A stretch of 58,546 nt of DNA from Candidatus Pacebacteria bacterium UBA6180 (lineage in GTDB: Bacteria; Patescibacteriota; Microgenomatia; UBA1400; PJMF01): assembly GCA_002422165.1 (NCBI GenBank), contig DITQ01000007.1, forward strand, positions 1-58,546, given 5' to 3'. Positions 25,305 to 34,513 of the stretch are shown one piece after another (positions within the stretch are counted from its first letter, which is position 1; every line of letters starts with the position of its first letter). Both the position numbers and the translations under genes were made by a program. The notes beneath the pieces are model-generated. The model did no database searches, had not been told where the DNA came from, and worked only from the letters and a program-made list of their open reading frames with translations.

Positions 25305-26171
25305 TTAAGCTTCTAGTTTATTTTGTGCAAAAATAATCTTGGTTTCGCCCATGGGTTTTCTTTCAGCAAGTTTGGATATTCCTCTTAAAAAATAAAGTTG
25401 AAAAGTTAACCTAAAGATCAGTGGCAAAGTTGATTTGTTTAAGCTACCTAAGTTTTTAAGGATGGTTATTATGTTTTGTATTTTTAATTCTTTATGTAGA
25501 GAATCAAATTCCTTGGGAACTTTTTCCCCAGCTTCAAGATTTAATTTATGCTTTTTTAAATCTCTTCGACTAAACAAAACTAGGCCGGCAGCAAAATCTT
25601 CATGATAATCTCTTAAGGCATCTAGCTCTGCCCAGGCGCTTATGATTTTGTCAAACTCTTCTGAATCACGATCTCCAGAAAAACTACGTTTGAATAGTAC
25701 ATATGATAAAACTTCTAGATAAGAAAGCAAATTCAATGAATTTCTCTTTACCTGATATATTTCTGGTAGAGGCTTGTTATACAAGATAGCTATTGTGTCT
25801 AAATAAAAACCTTTGATTCCATTTATCAAGTTTTGGATTACTTCCTTCTTTCTATCTGTATTTGCCAATCCTTGAACAACTAATTCGTGATATGGATCTG
25901 TATCGCCGCTTATTTTAAAATCATTGCTTTTTAATGATTCTAAAAACCTAATCTCATTTCTTAAGAACACCTTTGTTTTTTTGGGATTTTTTCCTTCATC
26001 TACAACATCATCCAAATATCTGATGTATGCGTAGAAATTTCTACCAGCCAGGTATTTTTCTTTGTCAATTAGTTTTATGAACTGAATTAGCAATCTGCCA
26101 GCAACCACCCTCTCATTTTTTTCGAAATTAGTTGCAATTTTTTTTGCTAAGCTTGATATTGTTTCTGTCAT
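25305..26171 (-). CDS. squalene/phytoene synthase family (trans-isoprenyl diphosphate synthase, head-to-head) protein
   Basis: First Asp-rich motif YAYIRYLDDVVDE (Y..lR..DD..D). Second motif LDALRDYHEDFAAGL (D..ED...G). GC is far below the neighbours. Confidence 0.55.
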   Translation of the reverse strand: MTETISSLAKKIATNFEKNERVVAGRLLIQFIKLIDKEKYLAGRNFYAYIRYLDDVVDEGKNPKKTKVFLRNEIRFLESLKSNDFKISGDTDPYHELVVQGLANTDRKKEVIQNLINGIKGFYLDTIAILYNKPLPEIYQVKRNSLNLLSYLEVLSYVLFKRSFSGDRDSEEFDKIISAWAELDALRDYHEDFAAGLVLFSRRDLKKHKLNLEAGEKVPKEFDSLHKELKIQNIITILKNLGSLNKSTLPLIFRLTFQLYFLRGISKLAERKPMGETKIIFAQNKLEA

Positions 26172-26349
26172 TTTAGATCTAAGATTGTATCAAATAAAAA
26201 ATCTGGCATATGACCAGCTTTTCAATGTTGTCGCCCTCTTCGAGGATACTCCCAAAGAGTACTTGCTAGGTGAACTTTGTTCACTTAGCGAGCGCTAGGC
26301 GGGCGCTTCGACTCCCAGCTATTTTTGCCGTATATTTTCTCGCTCGCCG

Positions 26350-26423
26350 TCGGAGTGACAGGACTCGAACCTGCGACCTCGGCGTTCCGAACACCGCGCG
26401 CTAGCCATCTGCGCTACACTCCG
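26350..26423 (-). tRNA. tRNA-Pro (anticodon CGG)
   Basis: Hand-folded cloverleaf: CGGAGTG TA GCGC AGATGGCTA GCGC G CGGTG TTCGGAA CGCCG AGGTC GCAGG TTCGAGT CCTGT CACTCCG A. 74 nt, no encoded CCA. Confidence 0.85.
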
Positions 26424-26448
26424 TTGAAGGTAATCTTAGTTTTCCCGC

Positions 26449-27924
26449 TTATTTTAAATCAATCACGTATAAATTGTTGGGTGAATCTGGACTGAAGCTC
26501 GTCTTAGTTATAAGCTTGCTGCCGTCTGGCCATGGATAGACGAAGTCGTCGGCAAATGGACCAGAGTAAATGGTGGTGTTGTTGGTGCCGTCATACTCCA
26601 TAATTTTGATTTTGCCATCTTCGACGAAAAGCAGATGTCTGGAGTCTGGGAACCACTGGATGGTGTTGAGGCGCACGGCAGTATAGTAATTAGTGAAAGC
26701 TTGAGCTGTATGGCGATTGTTGTCCTTCTGCAAACGCAAAAAGGCAGCAGGAGAAGTCTCAAGGGTTTTAGGTAGACTGGAGGAGAGGTCGTTAGCCAAA
26801 AGGCTTTTTTCTGTCGAAAATGAGGCTTCGCTTGAATTTTCTAAATCACTTAATAAATCTGGTAGGGCAGCAACGGTGGCAACTTTGAAGTTTTTGTCTT
26901 CTTCGCGATCGTAGACGTATATTGCTCCTGGTTCGAGGGTGCGAGCTTCTTCTTGGGTGCTGGCAGCTGGCACGGGTGGAACGATGCCTTCCGCTAGAGT
27001 GGCAGCGGCAGTCGCTGTGTAGAGGAGGCGCTTTTTATCTGGAGAAATGTAGACGTTCTTGGCCGAAGTGGTGGCAATTTCGAGTATCTCTGGTGGGAAT
27101 TTGGCCAGAAACTGGCGCTCTCGCAAGTAGATTTCTTCCTCCCAGGCAGCCAAGATATCTTTCTTCTGGAAACGAATGTCTTTTTGGTCGGCTAGGTTGA
27201 TTTTCTTGTCTATTGAAAACATCATTTCCTTGTTTTTTGTCAAAACCATGACCTCAGTGCTATCTGGTGACCAGATAATTTCGGCATGGCCAAGTTCCAA
27301 ATCGACGACATTGTCAGTGATTTGTTTGGGCCCACTTTGCAAGGAGAGAAAATTGCTGTTGAGATCGAGGACGTAGAAGCCATTTTTGGTCAAAGTGCTG
27401 GCTTGATCAGTAAAAAAGAGAATCTTTTGTCCATCTGGTGAAGGGTGGACGTTGTCGATGCCGGTAAAAGTCAAGGGACTGATGCTCGGGGCAGCGGGAA
27501 AAAGCACGGCGTTGGTTTGAGTAACCAGCTCGCTCTGAATTTGCAACTGCTTGCTCCAGGGAGAGTAGCCGTCTTTGACGATGCGAATGTGGTAAGTCTC
27601 TGGTTCGATATAGATGGTGTCGTCAGTGGCCGTAATCAAGCGGTCATCGATGAAGACGGATGCCCCTGGAGGAAAAGAGTTAGCGTTGAGTAGACCAGTG
27701 TTGGCGACAAAGCCGTTTTTGGTGACACGCCAGCTGCCACGAGCGTACTGGATGGCGAAATAGCTGCCCATGGCTACGATGATAATCGAGAGTAGAGTGT
27801 AGACGACTCGCGAGCCGAGGATATCAAGTAGGCGATTTAAAAAACCTTTTGGTTTGTTTGGCATTGTTTTTTTATTAACCTTTTTGTTACTTGAGAACAG
27901 TGCATTGAAGTCGCTGATCACCAA
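26449..27924 (-). CDS. PEGA domain plus TolB-like beta-propeller membrane-anchored protein
   Basis: N-terminal TM helix. PEGA-type FPPGASVFIDDRLITATDDTIYIEPETYHIRIVKDGYSPW. Later repeated SPDG/SPD..-type propeller blades. Start is uncertain (TTG 27924 or ATG 27864). Confidence 0.65.
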   Translation of the reverse strand: MVISDFNALFSSNKKVNKKTMPNKPKGFLNRLLDILGSRVVYTLLSIIIVAMGSYFAIQYARGSWRVTKNGFVANTGLLNANSFPPGASVFIDDRLITATDDTIYIEPETYHIRIVKDGYSPWSKQLQIQSELVTQTNAVLFPAAPSISPLTFTGIDNVHPSPDGQKILFFTDQASTLTKNGFYVLDLNSNFLSLQSGPKQITDNVVDLELGHAEIIWSPDSTEVMVLTKNKEMMFSIDKKINLADQKDIRFQKKDILAAWEEEIYLRERQFLAKFPPEILEIATTSAKNVYISPDKKRLLYTATAAATLAEGIVPPVPAASTQEEARTLEPGAIYVYDREEDKNFKVATVAALPDLLSDLENSSEASFSTEKSLLANDLSSSLPKTLETSPAAFLRLQKDNNRHTAQAFTNYYTAVRLNTIQWFPDSRHLLFVEDGKIKIMEYDGTNNTTIYSGPFADDFVYPWPDGSKLITKTSFSPDSPNNLYVIDLK

Positions 27925-28059
27925 TGTAAATAAGCAATTTGTGTCTAAACAGCGACTTCATTGAGTGAGACGAAGCTTGTCAACTTAAAGGGTTAACAAT
28001 TTTATTCGAACGTCACTGTTCTTAAGTAACAAAAGTTTAAATGCTATTATAACAAGCAG

Positions 28060-29082
28060 ATGTTCAAAAGTCTTTCAAAAAAAATCGCCATCGACCTGGG
28101 AGCTGACAAAATTAGGATTGTAGCGGTTGAAAAGTTGACTGCGGCAGTGTGGGAGCTGTCTGCAACTGATTTGCGCAGTAAAATGCTCGAGGAAGATGCT
28201 TGCTTGGTGCGCAAGAAAGATTCTAAAAAAGTCATCGCTGTCGGCAGTGAGGCCTTAGCGATGCGCGGTCGCCTCGATCAATCGCTAGAATTGATTTTTC
28301 CTTTTTGGCAGAGTCGCATCATCGATCAAAAAGCCGCCAGCGATCTGCTCAAAAATTTACTGCGCAGGGTTTTTAATGGGTTGGTTTTTAGTCCCGAAGT
28401 TTTGGTGACGACGGTGGCGGCGACGACGCTAGTTGAGCAGAAACTCCTTAGTCAATTGTTTTACGAGCTAGGCTTCTCTAAGGTCCACTTGATCGCTGAG
28501 CCGCTCGCCGCCGCCATTGGCGCAGGTGTGCCGATTGCTGATTCTTCTGGCACACTGCTGTTGCACATGGGGGCGAGCAGTCTGCAATTCACCAGCATTG
28601 CCTTGGGTTCAGTGCTTTTCGTCAAACGTAGTGACCTGGCTGGTTTTCGCCTCGATCGAGCAATTCGCGACCATTTGGCGTGGCGCGAGAACTTTCAGAT
28701 TTCACTCGAGAGTGCCAAGGCGCTCAAACAGCAAGTCTTTGGCTTGCAAGATAATAAGCGCAGTTTGACAGTGATGGGCAAAAGCCAAAATGGCGCCAAC
28801 CCCCTGGAGCTTGGGATCAAAAATGAGTTGCTAACACCTGTCGCTAATCTATTTAAATTAGAGTGCAGCGCACTTCTGCAAACTTTGTTGGCAGATTTGC
28901 CACCAGAATTGACCCAAGACGTGACGCGTAAGGGCTTGCTTCTGTCTGGTGGTTTGGCCAAGGTGCAGGGCTTGGAAGAATTTTTACTCGAGGAATTTAA
29001 GCTGCCTGTGGCTTTACTTGAAGATTCAGAGCTTTTGGCAATAATGGGCGCAGCAGAAATGATGCGCAGCGGCAGTGTTTAG
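28060..29082 (+). CDS. divergent MreB/Mbl-like actin-fold protein
   Basis: IAIDLGADKIRIV, VIAVGSEALAMRGR, LIAEPLAAAIGAGVPI and LLLSGGLAKVQGLEEFL follow MreB order. The phosphate-binding motifs are degenerate (DLGA for DLGT, HMGASS for DIGGGT). Confidence 0.6.
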   Translation: MFKSLSKKIAIDLGADKIRIVAVEKLTAAVWELSATDLRSKMLEEDACLVRKKDSKKVIAVGSEALAMRGRLDQSLELIFPFWQSRIIDQKAASDLLKNLLRRVFNGLVFSPEVLVTTVAATTLVEQKLLSQLFYELGFSKVHLIAEPLAAAIGAGVPIADSSGTLLLHMGASSLQFTSIALGSVLFVKRSDLAGFRLDRAIRDHLAWRENFQISLESAKALKQQVFGLQDNKRSLTVMGKSQNGANPLELGIKNELLTPVANLFKLECSALLQTLLADLPPELTQDVTRKGLLLSGGLAKVQGLEEFLLEEFKLPVALLEDSELLAIMGAAEMMRSGSV

Positions 29083-30443
29083 TTTTTCACTTCTTTGACT
29101 TGCAACCACCACTGACTTTGGCGACAGAGTTTTTTAGTGTCTTTTTGGGGTTGAGCTAACAGCTTTTTAATGGCTTCTTCTAAGAAAATGGTGTTTTGCG
29201 AACCTTTGACCAGGAGTAAATCGCCTGGAAGTAGCTCTGCAGCAAGAGCTTGGCCAGCTAGCGTGGAATTGTCAAAATGCTTAACGGCGATTCCCGATGT
29301 CTCCAGAATTGGCAACACCACTTGACGCATGGTTTCACCGACTAGGTAAACTTGCTCGACTTTTTTAGCGATTAAAAGTTGCGTTAATTGTTGATGTACG
29401 TTTTGTGTACTTTCGCCTAGTTCTCGCATGTCGCCAAGCAATACCAATTTACGACCGGTTTGCTGCTTTATCTCGAGAAAAGCGGTCAGCATCGGCAGCA
29501 TCGAAGAGGCATTGTAGGAGCTATCGATAATCAGCGAGTCATTTCGTCCTGCCAAAATACTGGCGCGGCTGGCAGGTAGTTGTAAATCACGCTCGAGAAT
29601 TTTCCTGATTTCACTCAGACTCAAGCCCGCCCTCAGACCAAGCAAGATTGCTGGAGCGATACTGGCTGCATATTGGCCAAAGAGGAAATAATTATCAAAT
29701 TCCAGAGAAATTTGTTGTTTGGTGAGAATGTTGCTTTGCCAAGTGAAACGGCTAGTAAGTTGATTGCCTGTTAGTTCGATGCTTTGCTGTAAGAGCTGGA
29801 GAGTAGTGTCAGCTCCAGAGCCAAAAGTAAGCTGCTTGGCTTTGCTGCCTTTGCAGGTTTGCATGACATTAGCGTCATTAGCGTTGAGTAGTGCGAGACC
29901 GTCAGCTGGCAGCGACAAAATCAATTTGGCTTTTTCCGCAGCGATGAGTGCGATTAGTCGCTGCTGTTGGGCTGCTTTACTGAGTTTTTGATCAGCTAGC
30001 AAATAATCGAAGGCAAAAGCGTGGTTGATGCCAGCTCCCAGGAAGACGCCGATTTGTGGACGGATGATGCTAAGCAAGTAAGCCATGTTTTTGGGTGGGA
30101 GTGGGCTGTCGATGCCCATTTCCACCAGGTAGTAGTCAAACTTTTGCCAATTGGTCAGGAGTTGCCAGGGTGCGAGCAGCAAAACCCGCAGCCAATCAAA
30201 CACTGAGTAGTCGCGCATGCTAAGCCCCAAAATGTCGAGCGGAATGCCAGATTCAGAGTTGGCCCCGAAGCTGGCTTTGACGCTGTATCTGGCTGCTAGC
30301 ACGGTGTAGATGGCGTTGCGGGTGCTGCTTTTGCCAGCGCTGCCGGTGATGCCGATGATCTGTCCGTAGAGCTGCTTGCGCAGCTGCAGGCGGGCGCACA
30401 GGCGGAGGTAGGTGAGGACGAGTAGGCCGAGTTGTTGTCTCAT
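29079..30443 (-). CDS. murF: UDP-MurNAc-tripeptide--D-alanyl-D-alanine ligase-like Mur ligase (short N-terminus)
   Basis: P-loop IGITGSAGKSSTRN. GANSESGIPLDILGL, YLVEMGID, LVLLGDMRELGE and LLLVKGSQ match MurF landmarks. The usual N-terminal domain is replaced by a hydrophobic leader. ATGA overlap with the upstream gene. Confidence 0.7.
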   Translation of the reverse strand: MRQQLGLLVLTYLRLCARLQLRKQLYGQIIGITGSAGKSSTRNAIYTVLAARYSVKASFGANSESGIPLDILGLSMRDYSVFDWLRVLLLAPWQLLTNWQKFDYYLVEMGIDSPLPPKNMAYLLSIIRPQIGVFLGAGINHAFAFDYLLADQKLSKAAQQQRLIALIAAEKAKLILSLPADGLALLNANDANVMQTCKGSKAKQLTFGSGADTTLQLLQQSIELTGNQLTSRFTWQSNILTKQQISLEFDNYFLFGQYAASIAPAILLGLRAGLSLSEIRKILERDLQLPASRASILAGRNDSLIIDSSYNASSMLPMLTAFLEIKQQTGRKLVLLGDMRELGESTQNVHQQLTQLLIAKKVEQVYLVGETMRQVVLPILETSGIAVKHFDNSTLAGQALAAELLPGDLLLVKGSQNTIFLEEAIKKLLAQPQKDTKKLCRQSQWWLQVKEVKN

Positions 30444-33118
30444 GATGCTTCCTTGACTAGTTTGGCAAAAGTTGCGCCTCGCTCTGCGTAATTTTCAAAA
30501 CTGTTGTAACTGGCGCTGGCGGGACTGAGCAAAACCACGTCACCAGCTTGAGCGAGTTTTTTGGCTAACATTGTGGCTTCTCTTAGGTCGGTCACCAGCG
30601 TACTGGTGAGACCTGCTGCTTGGGCTTGCTCATGGAGGCGCTTGCCCGTGTCAGGTAGGGCGATGATGTGTTTGACTCGGCTTTGTTTAGCTTGCTCGAT
30701 CAATTCGCTGAAATCTTGCTCGCGTTCGTAGCCGCCAGCTAGCAAGATGACTGTGTCAGGCTCGAAGCTGCGCAGAGCCATGATGGCGGCGTGCGGGTTG
30801 ACGGCAATCGAATCATCGATGTAGCGCACGCCGCCCCTCTCCGCCACCAACTCTAGGCGGTGGGGTAGACCGCGAAAATTTCTGATGGTTTGGCGAATGC
30901 GTTCAGTACTGATACCGAAATGTTTAGCGACAATGATGGCAGGCAAAATATTGTAGAGATTGTGTGGGCCAAGTAGGGCGATTTCGCTAACCGGCATGAT
31001 TTTTTCACCTTGGTAGTGAAGATTCTCGTCTTGCAGGTAGGAGGTCGCTTGTGAGTCGGTGAGAGAGTGAGTTAATTTCTGACCGCTGCTTAGCTTGGCC
31101 ATCGCCGCTGCGCCTTCCAGCTGTGGGTTGTAAATTAGGAGGTCGCTGTTTTTTTGGTGGCGAGCAATGGCGCTTTTGGACTGGAAATAGCTTGCGAAAT
31201 CTTTGTAGTAGTCCAAATGCTCTGGCTTGATATCAAGCACGACACTGACTTCTGGGCTGTCTTGTAGCTCTGCCAACTGGTGACAAGAAAGCTCGGCCAC
31301 CACCAGAGTTTGAGCAGTGATTTCTATGATTTTATTGAGCGGCGCTTCGCCGATGTTGCCAAGCAGCACAGTGTCGAGCTTCTCACTTTTGAGTAGCTCA
31401 TAAATCAACTGACTAGTGGTGCTTTTGCCCTTGGTGCCGGTTATGCCGATGATTTGGCCAGGGCAGAGGTCGAAAAACATCTGAGTGTTGGACCAAATTT
31501 GCTTGCCCGCTGCCATCGCCTGCTGAATTTCTGGAGTGCTGATGGGGATGCCAGCGGTTTTGATGATAATGTCATATTGATTTAGATTGCGTAGATAATC
31601 AGGGCTGAAGTAAGTTTGCAGGCGGGCGGAGTCAAACTCAGCCAGATCTTGACTGCGATCCTTCTGGTCAGCTACGGCGATGGTTTTGTCTGGATAGTGG
31701 CTGCGTAGAAAACGCAAGCTTGACAAGCCTTCTTGGCCAAGGCCGAGAATGAGCACGGAACTGCTAGCAAGCTGCTCGAAGGGTCGCTGGCTTTTGATTT
31801 TTTGCTTGAGTGCTCGCAAAAAAGGCGTGCCGCTCTGGTCTCTCTGCCAGGCAAGCAACAAGGCCTCGCGCACTTCGGCAAAAGTACCGACGCACTCGAA
31901 GGGTTTTTTATCTCCAAAGCCGGCCAGGTCGAGTAAAGTCTGCTCTAGCTCTGGTTTGGCGAATAAATTTTCCTTGAAAATTTCCTCGCGGACGATTTTT
32001 TCATCCAAAAAGGCTGAGAGCATGGTAAAGACGAAAGCACACTTGGGACAATTGTGGCACCAAGTGCCGCTTTTTTGGCCGACGTTGCAGCTGCGCATCA
32101 AGCGCAGCACCTTGGCAAAGCGTGGGTCTGCTGCCTGGTAAGCGCAAAGTTTCTCAGTGATCTCGAGCTCCGAAAAGGCTCGCAGCATCGAGCGGTACTG
32201 GGGGGAGGTATTTTGGTCAACGAACAGGTGCTCCGTGGCGTAATGGCGAAATTTCTGCTCGAACTCGAAGCTTTTGGAGTACTGGTGGTTAATTTTGCGA
32301 CCCAAGTAGGTCAAATTTTCTTCTTCGCTGCTCTGTTCGTTGCCTAGCCAGATGTGCTGCTGGCCATAGAGGTAGGCGACAGTGCTGCTAGCAAAGGCCA
32401 AGTAGGCGCTAAAAGGCGTGTGGCCGTTGAAATAACCTTGGGTGTTGAGCTCGATGAGCTGGGGATCGATGCGTCGCTCCAGAGTGATGATTTCTCTGCA
32501 ATGGCCTTCTGCTTGCATTAGTTGTGCGATGTGGGTGGCAGCTGGTGAGTGAGGGGCAAGCAATAAGACGTCGTAGGGCAGTTTTTTCTCTTCGATCATT
32601 GCGAGTACCGTTGCCGAATCCTTGCCGCCGCCCACGGGGATGAGAATGTGGGCTTGGTTAGTGGCTGGCGCTGACGGTGAAGCAGTGGGTGACTTCTCAC
32701 CCTCACCCTCCTCGAGTCGCCAAGTGACGAAGTCGTCTGAAGTGAAATCAATTTGGTTTTGGTAAAAAAACTCGCCCAAACCCTGCAACAACAAATCCTG
32801 CCAAAACTCGAGCATCTCTGGCACAAATTGCCCTTGGTGAGTGATCACAATTTCTCTGGGGCAGGCGGCTTTGTAGTAGCTAGGAATTTCGGCCAAGCCT
32901 AGTTGAAAAAACAGGCGATCAAGTTGCTGGTCTAGAGGGGCTTGCAGACGCGCCAGCACCTCTGGTGGGAGGTTTTTGAAAGTGAGTTGTGGGCGAAAAC
33001 TGATCTCTGGCTCGAGTAGCAGCTTGAAAGTCAGCACCAGATCTCGATCGGCAATTTGCCATTCGTAACCGCTGTAAATCAGGCGGGGGTGACGGGAGCG
33101 AAGAGAATCTAGATCCAT
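30440..33118 (-). CDS. murD: fusion protein: N-terminal PP-loop (adenine-nucleotide alpha-hydrolase-like) domain + C-terminal MurD-type UDP-MurNAc-L-Ala--glutamate ligase
   Basis: The C-terminal half has MurD landmarks: VLILGLGQEGLS Rossmann start, IIGITGTKGKSTTS P-loop, VVAELSCHQL, PEHLDYY. The N-terminal ~450 aa has ILIPVGGGKDSATVLAM (SGGKDS-type PP-loop) and CHNCPKCAFVF. Confidence 0.75.
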   Translation of the reverse strand: MDLDSLRSRHPRLIYSGYEWQIADRDLVLTFKLLLEPEISFRPQLTFKNLPPEVLARLQAPLDQQLDRLFFQLGLAEIPSYYKAACPREIVITHQGQFVPEMLEFWQDLLLQGLGEFFYQNQIDFTSDDFVTWRLEEGEGEKSPTASPSAPATNQAHILIPVGGGKDSATVLAMIEEKKLPYDVLLLAPHSPAATHIAQLMQAEGHCREIITLERRIDPQLIELNTQGYFNGHTPFSAYLAFASSTVAYLYGQQHIWLGNEQSSEEENLTYLGRKINHQYSKSFEFEQKFRHYATEHLFVDQNTSPQYRSMLRAFSELEITEKLCAYQAADPRFAKVLRLMRSCNVGQKSGTWCHNCPKCAFVFTMLSAFLDEKIVREEIFKENLFAKPELEQTLLDLAGFGDKKPFECVGTFAEVREALLLAWQRDQSGTPFLRALKQKIKSQRPFEQLASSSVLILGLGQEGLSSLRFLRSHYPDKTIAVADQKDRSQDLAEFDSARLQTYFSPDYLRNLNQYDIIIKTAGIPISTPEIQQAMAAGKQIWSNTQMFFDLCPGQIIGITGTKGKSTTSQLIYELLKSEKLDTVLLGNIGEAPLNKIIEITAQTLVVAELSCHQLAELQDSPEVSVVLDIKPEHLDYYKDFASYFQSKSAIARHQKNSDLLIYNPQLEGAAAMAKLSSGQKLTHSLTDSQATSYLQDENLHYQGEKIMPVSEIALLGPHNLYNILPAIIVAKHFGISTERIRQTIRNFRGLPHRLELVAERGGVRYIDDSIAVNPHAAIMALRSFEPDTVILLAGGYEREQDFSELIEQAKQSRVKHIIALPDTGKRLHEQAQAAGLTSTLVTDLREATMLAKKLAQAGDVVLLSPASASYNSFENYAERGATFAKLVKEAS

Positions 33119-33172
33119 AGTGTTGTTTCATTTTACTATACCAGGGCAATTGTTGTATATTGATGTCTAATT

Positions 33173-33952
33173 GTGCAAACCACCTCCCTTTTTCAACTAT
33201 CCATCCTCACCGAACCTAAGGCGGCGGTCCTCGCTGCCCTTCGCAAACTCCTTCAGCAGCCAGACGCCAAAACCACCATCATTTGCACTCCAAACCCCGA
33301 GCAAATAGTCATGGCGAGGCATGATCAGACCTTTGCAAAGCATTTGCGCCAGGCAGATTATCTTTTGCCAGACGGTATTGGTTTGGTTTGGGCCAGTCGT
33401 TTACTGCATTTTTTCGGTCGAGCCAAGCAGTCCATCAGCGAGCGCATCGCTGGGGTGGAAGTAGTCGAGGCCTTGTTGCGTGAGGCGGAGACCCACAAGC
33501 TTACCACTCTCATCATCGGCGGCCGCGACTACCAGGGTTCTTTTGAAGGCGAAGCCTTCGAGGACGAGCGAAGTTTGAAGAAGCTTCGTCCGCTGCTTTA
33601 CTGGACAGAAGGTTATCAGGACAAAGCTGAAATTTTGCCAGTGGAGGAGTTGGCTCTGGAGAAAATTATTAAGCGTCTGCGACCTACGCTAGTTTTCGTG
33701 GCCTTGGGAGCTCCAGATCAGGAGCGTTGGCTTAGTGAACACCGCTCGCTGTTGGAGCAGTCGAGAGTCAAAATCGCTATGGTAGTCGGTGGATCTTTTG
33801 ACTTTATTTTGGGCAAAGTGCCGCGCGCACCACGCCTGTGGCAAAAATTTGGCTTCGAGTGGTTGTGGAGACTTTATCAGCAGCCTTGGCGTAAGCGACG
33901 CCAGTTACGCTTGCTGCAGTTCATCGCGCTTACATTTCGCGAATTGTTCTAA
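33173..33952 (+). CDS. WecB/TagA/CpsF family glycosyltransferase
   Basis: IICTPNPEQIVMARHD, ADYLLPDGIGLVWAS, VFVALGAPDQERW and GFEWLWRL are family landmarks. GTG start. Confidence 0.8.
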   Translation: MQTTSLFQLSILTEPKAAVLAALRKLLQQPDAKTTIICTPNPEQIVMARHDQTFAKHLRQADYLLPDGIGLVWASRLLHFFGRAKQSISERIAGVEVVEALLREAETHKLTTLIIGGRDYQGSFEGEAFEDERSLKKLRPLLYWTEGYQDKAEILPVEELALEKIIKRLRPTLVFVALGAPDQERWLSEHRSLLEQSRVKIAMVVGGSFDFILGKVPRAPRLWQKFGFEWLWRLYQQPWRKRRQLRLLQFIALTFRELF

Positions 33953-33954
33953 AT

Positions 33955-34230
33955 TTATTCTTCGTCTTCGATGCCGTTGGGGTTGACGCCGAGCAGCCAG
34001 AGAACGGCTTCTTTCTTGTAGCGGCGGTCACCGCGCGAGTTGATGCGGATGGCGGGGAGTTTGCCGCGCTTGCCCCAGCGTTTGATGGTTAGAGGGGAGA
34101 CGCGCAGTAGGTCAGCTACTTCGCGGACGGTCAAGAGGTCTGGTAAGTTCTTGATATCTAGCTTATTGGCGTCGTCAGCGCGGCCGGTTCTTTTGTCGTC
34201 GTCGCTGATGATGGCGGTGTTGTCGTTCAT
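33955..34230 (-). CDS. excisionase/MerR-type helix-turn-helix DNA-binding protein (91 aa)
   Basis: LLTVREVADLLRVSPLTIKRWGKRGKLPAIRINSRGDRRYKKEAV is the HTH_17/excisionase pattern. ATG 34230 is preferred over the non-ATG start at 34395 used by the track. Confidence 0.7.
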   Translation of the reverse strand: MNDNTAIISDDDKRTGRADDANKLDIKNLPDLLTVREVADLLRVSPLTIKRWGKRGKLPAIRINSRGDRRYKKEAVLWLLGVNPNGIEDEE

Positions 34231-34513
34231 TTTGCCTTTCTGTGCGGTCTTTTTTAGACCTTGGTTATTTGTACTCCAGCCTATAACTTTAGAGGCTGGC
34301 GGTGAGAGTGGAACTTTATAGATCAAAATATTCTTTTGATCTATATCCAACAGTAACAGATTGTGACTGAGTGGGTCAAGAGGGAAAATGAGCAATTTGG
34401 CTGTTTAGACTTTTCAGAGATTTTACACAAAAGAGGCCTATATTGTTTTGTAGCGCTTGAAAAAGGCGAAATCATAGACCTATAATTTATGAGAATGATG
34501 AAATGTGGGAAAA

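Noticed and set aside
26230-26349. Possible tRNA fragment or att site (TTCGACTCC, T-loop-like) next to tRNA-Pro
   Set aside because: The flanking bases do not form a T-stem or an acceptor stem. It is probably a chance match.
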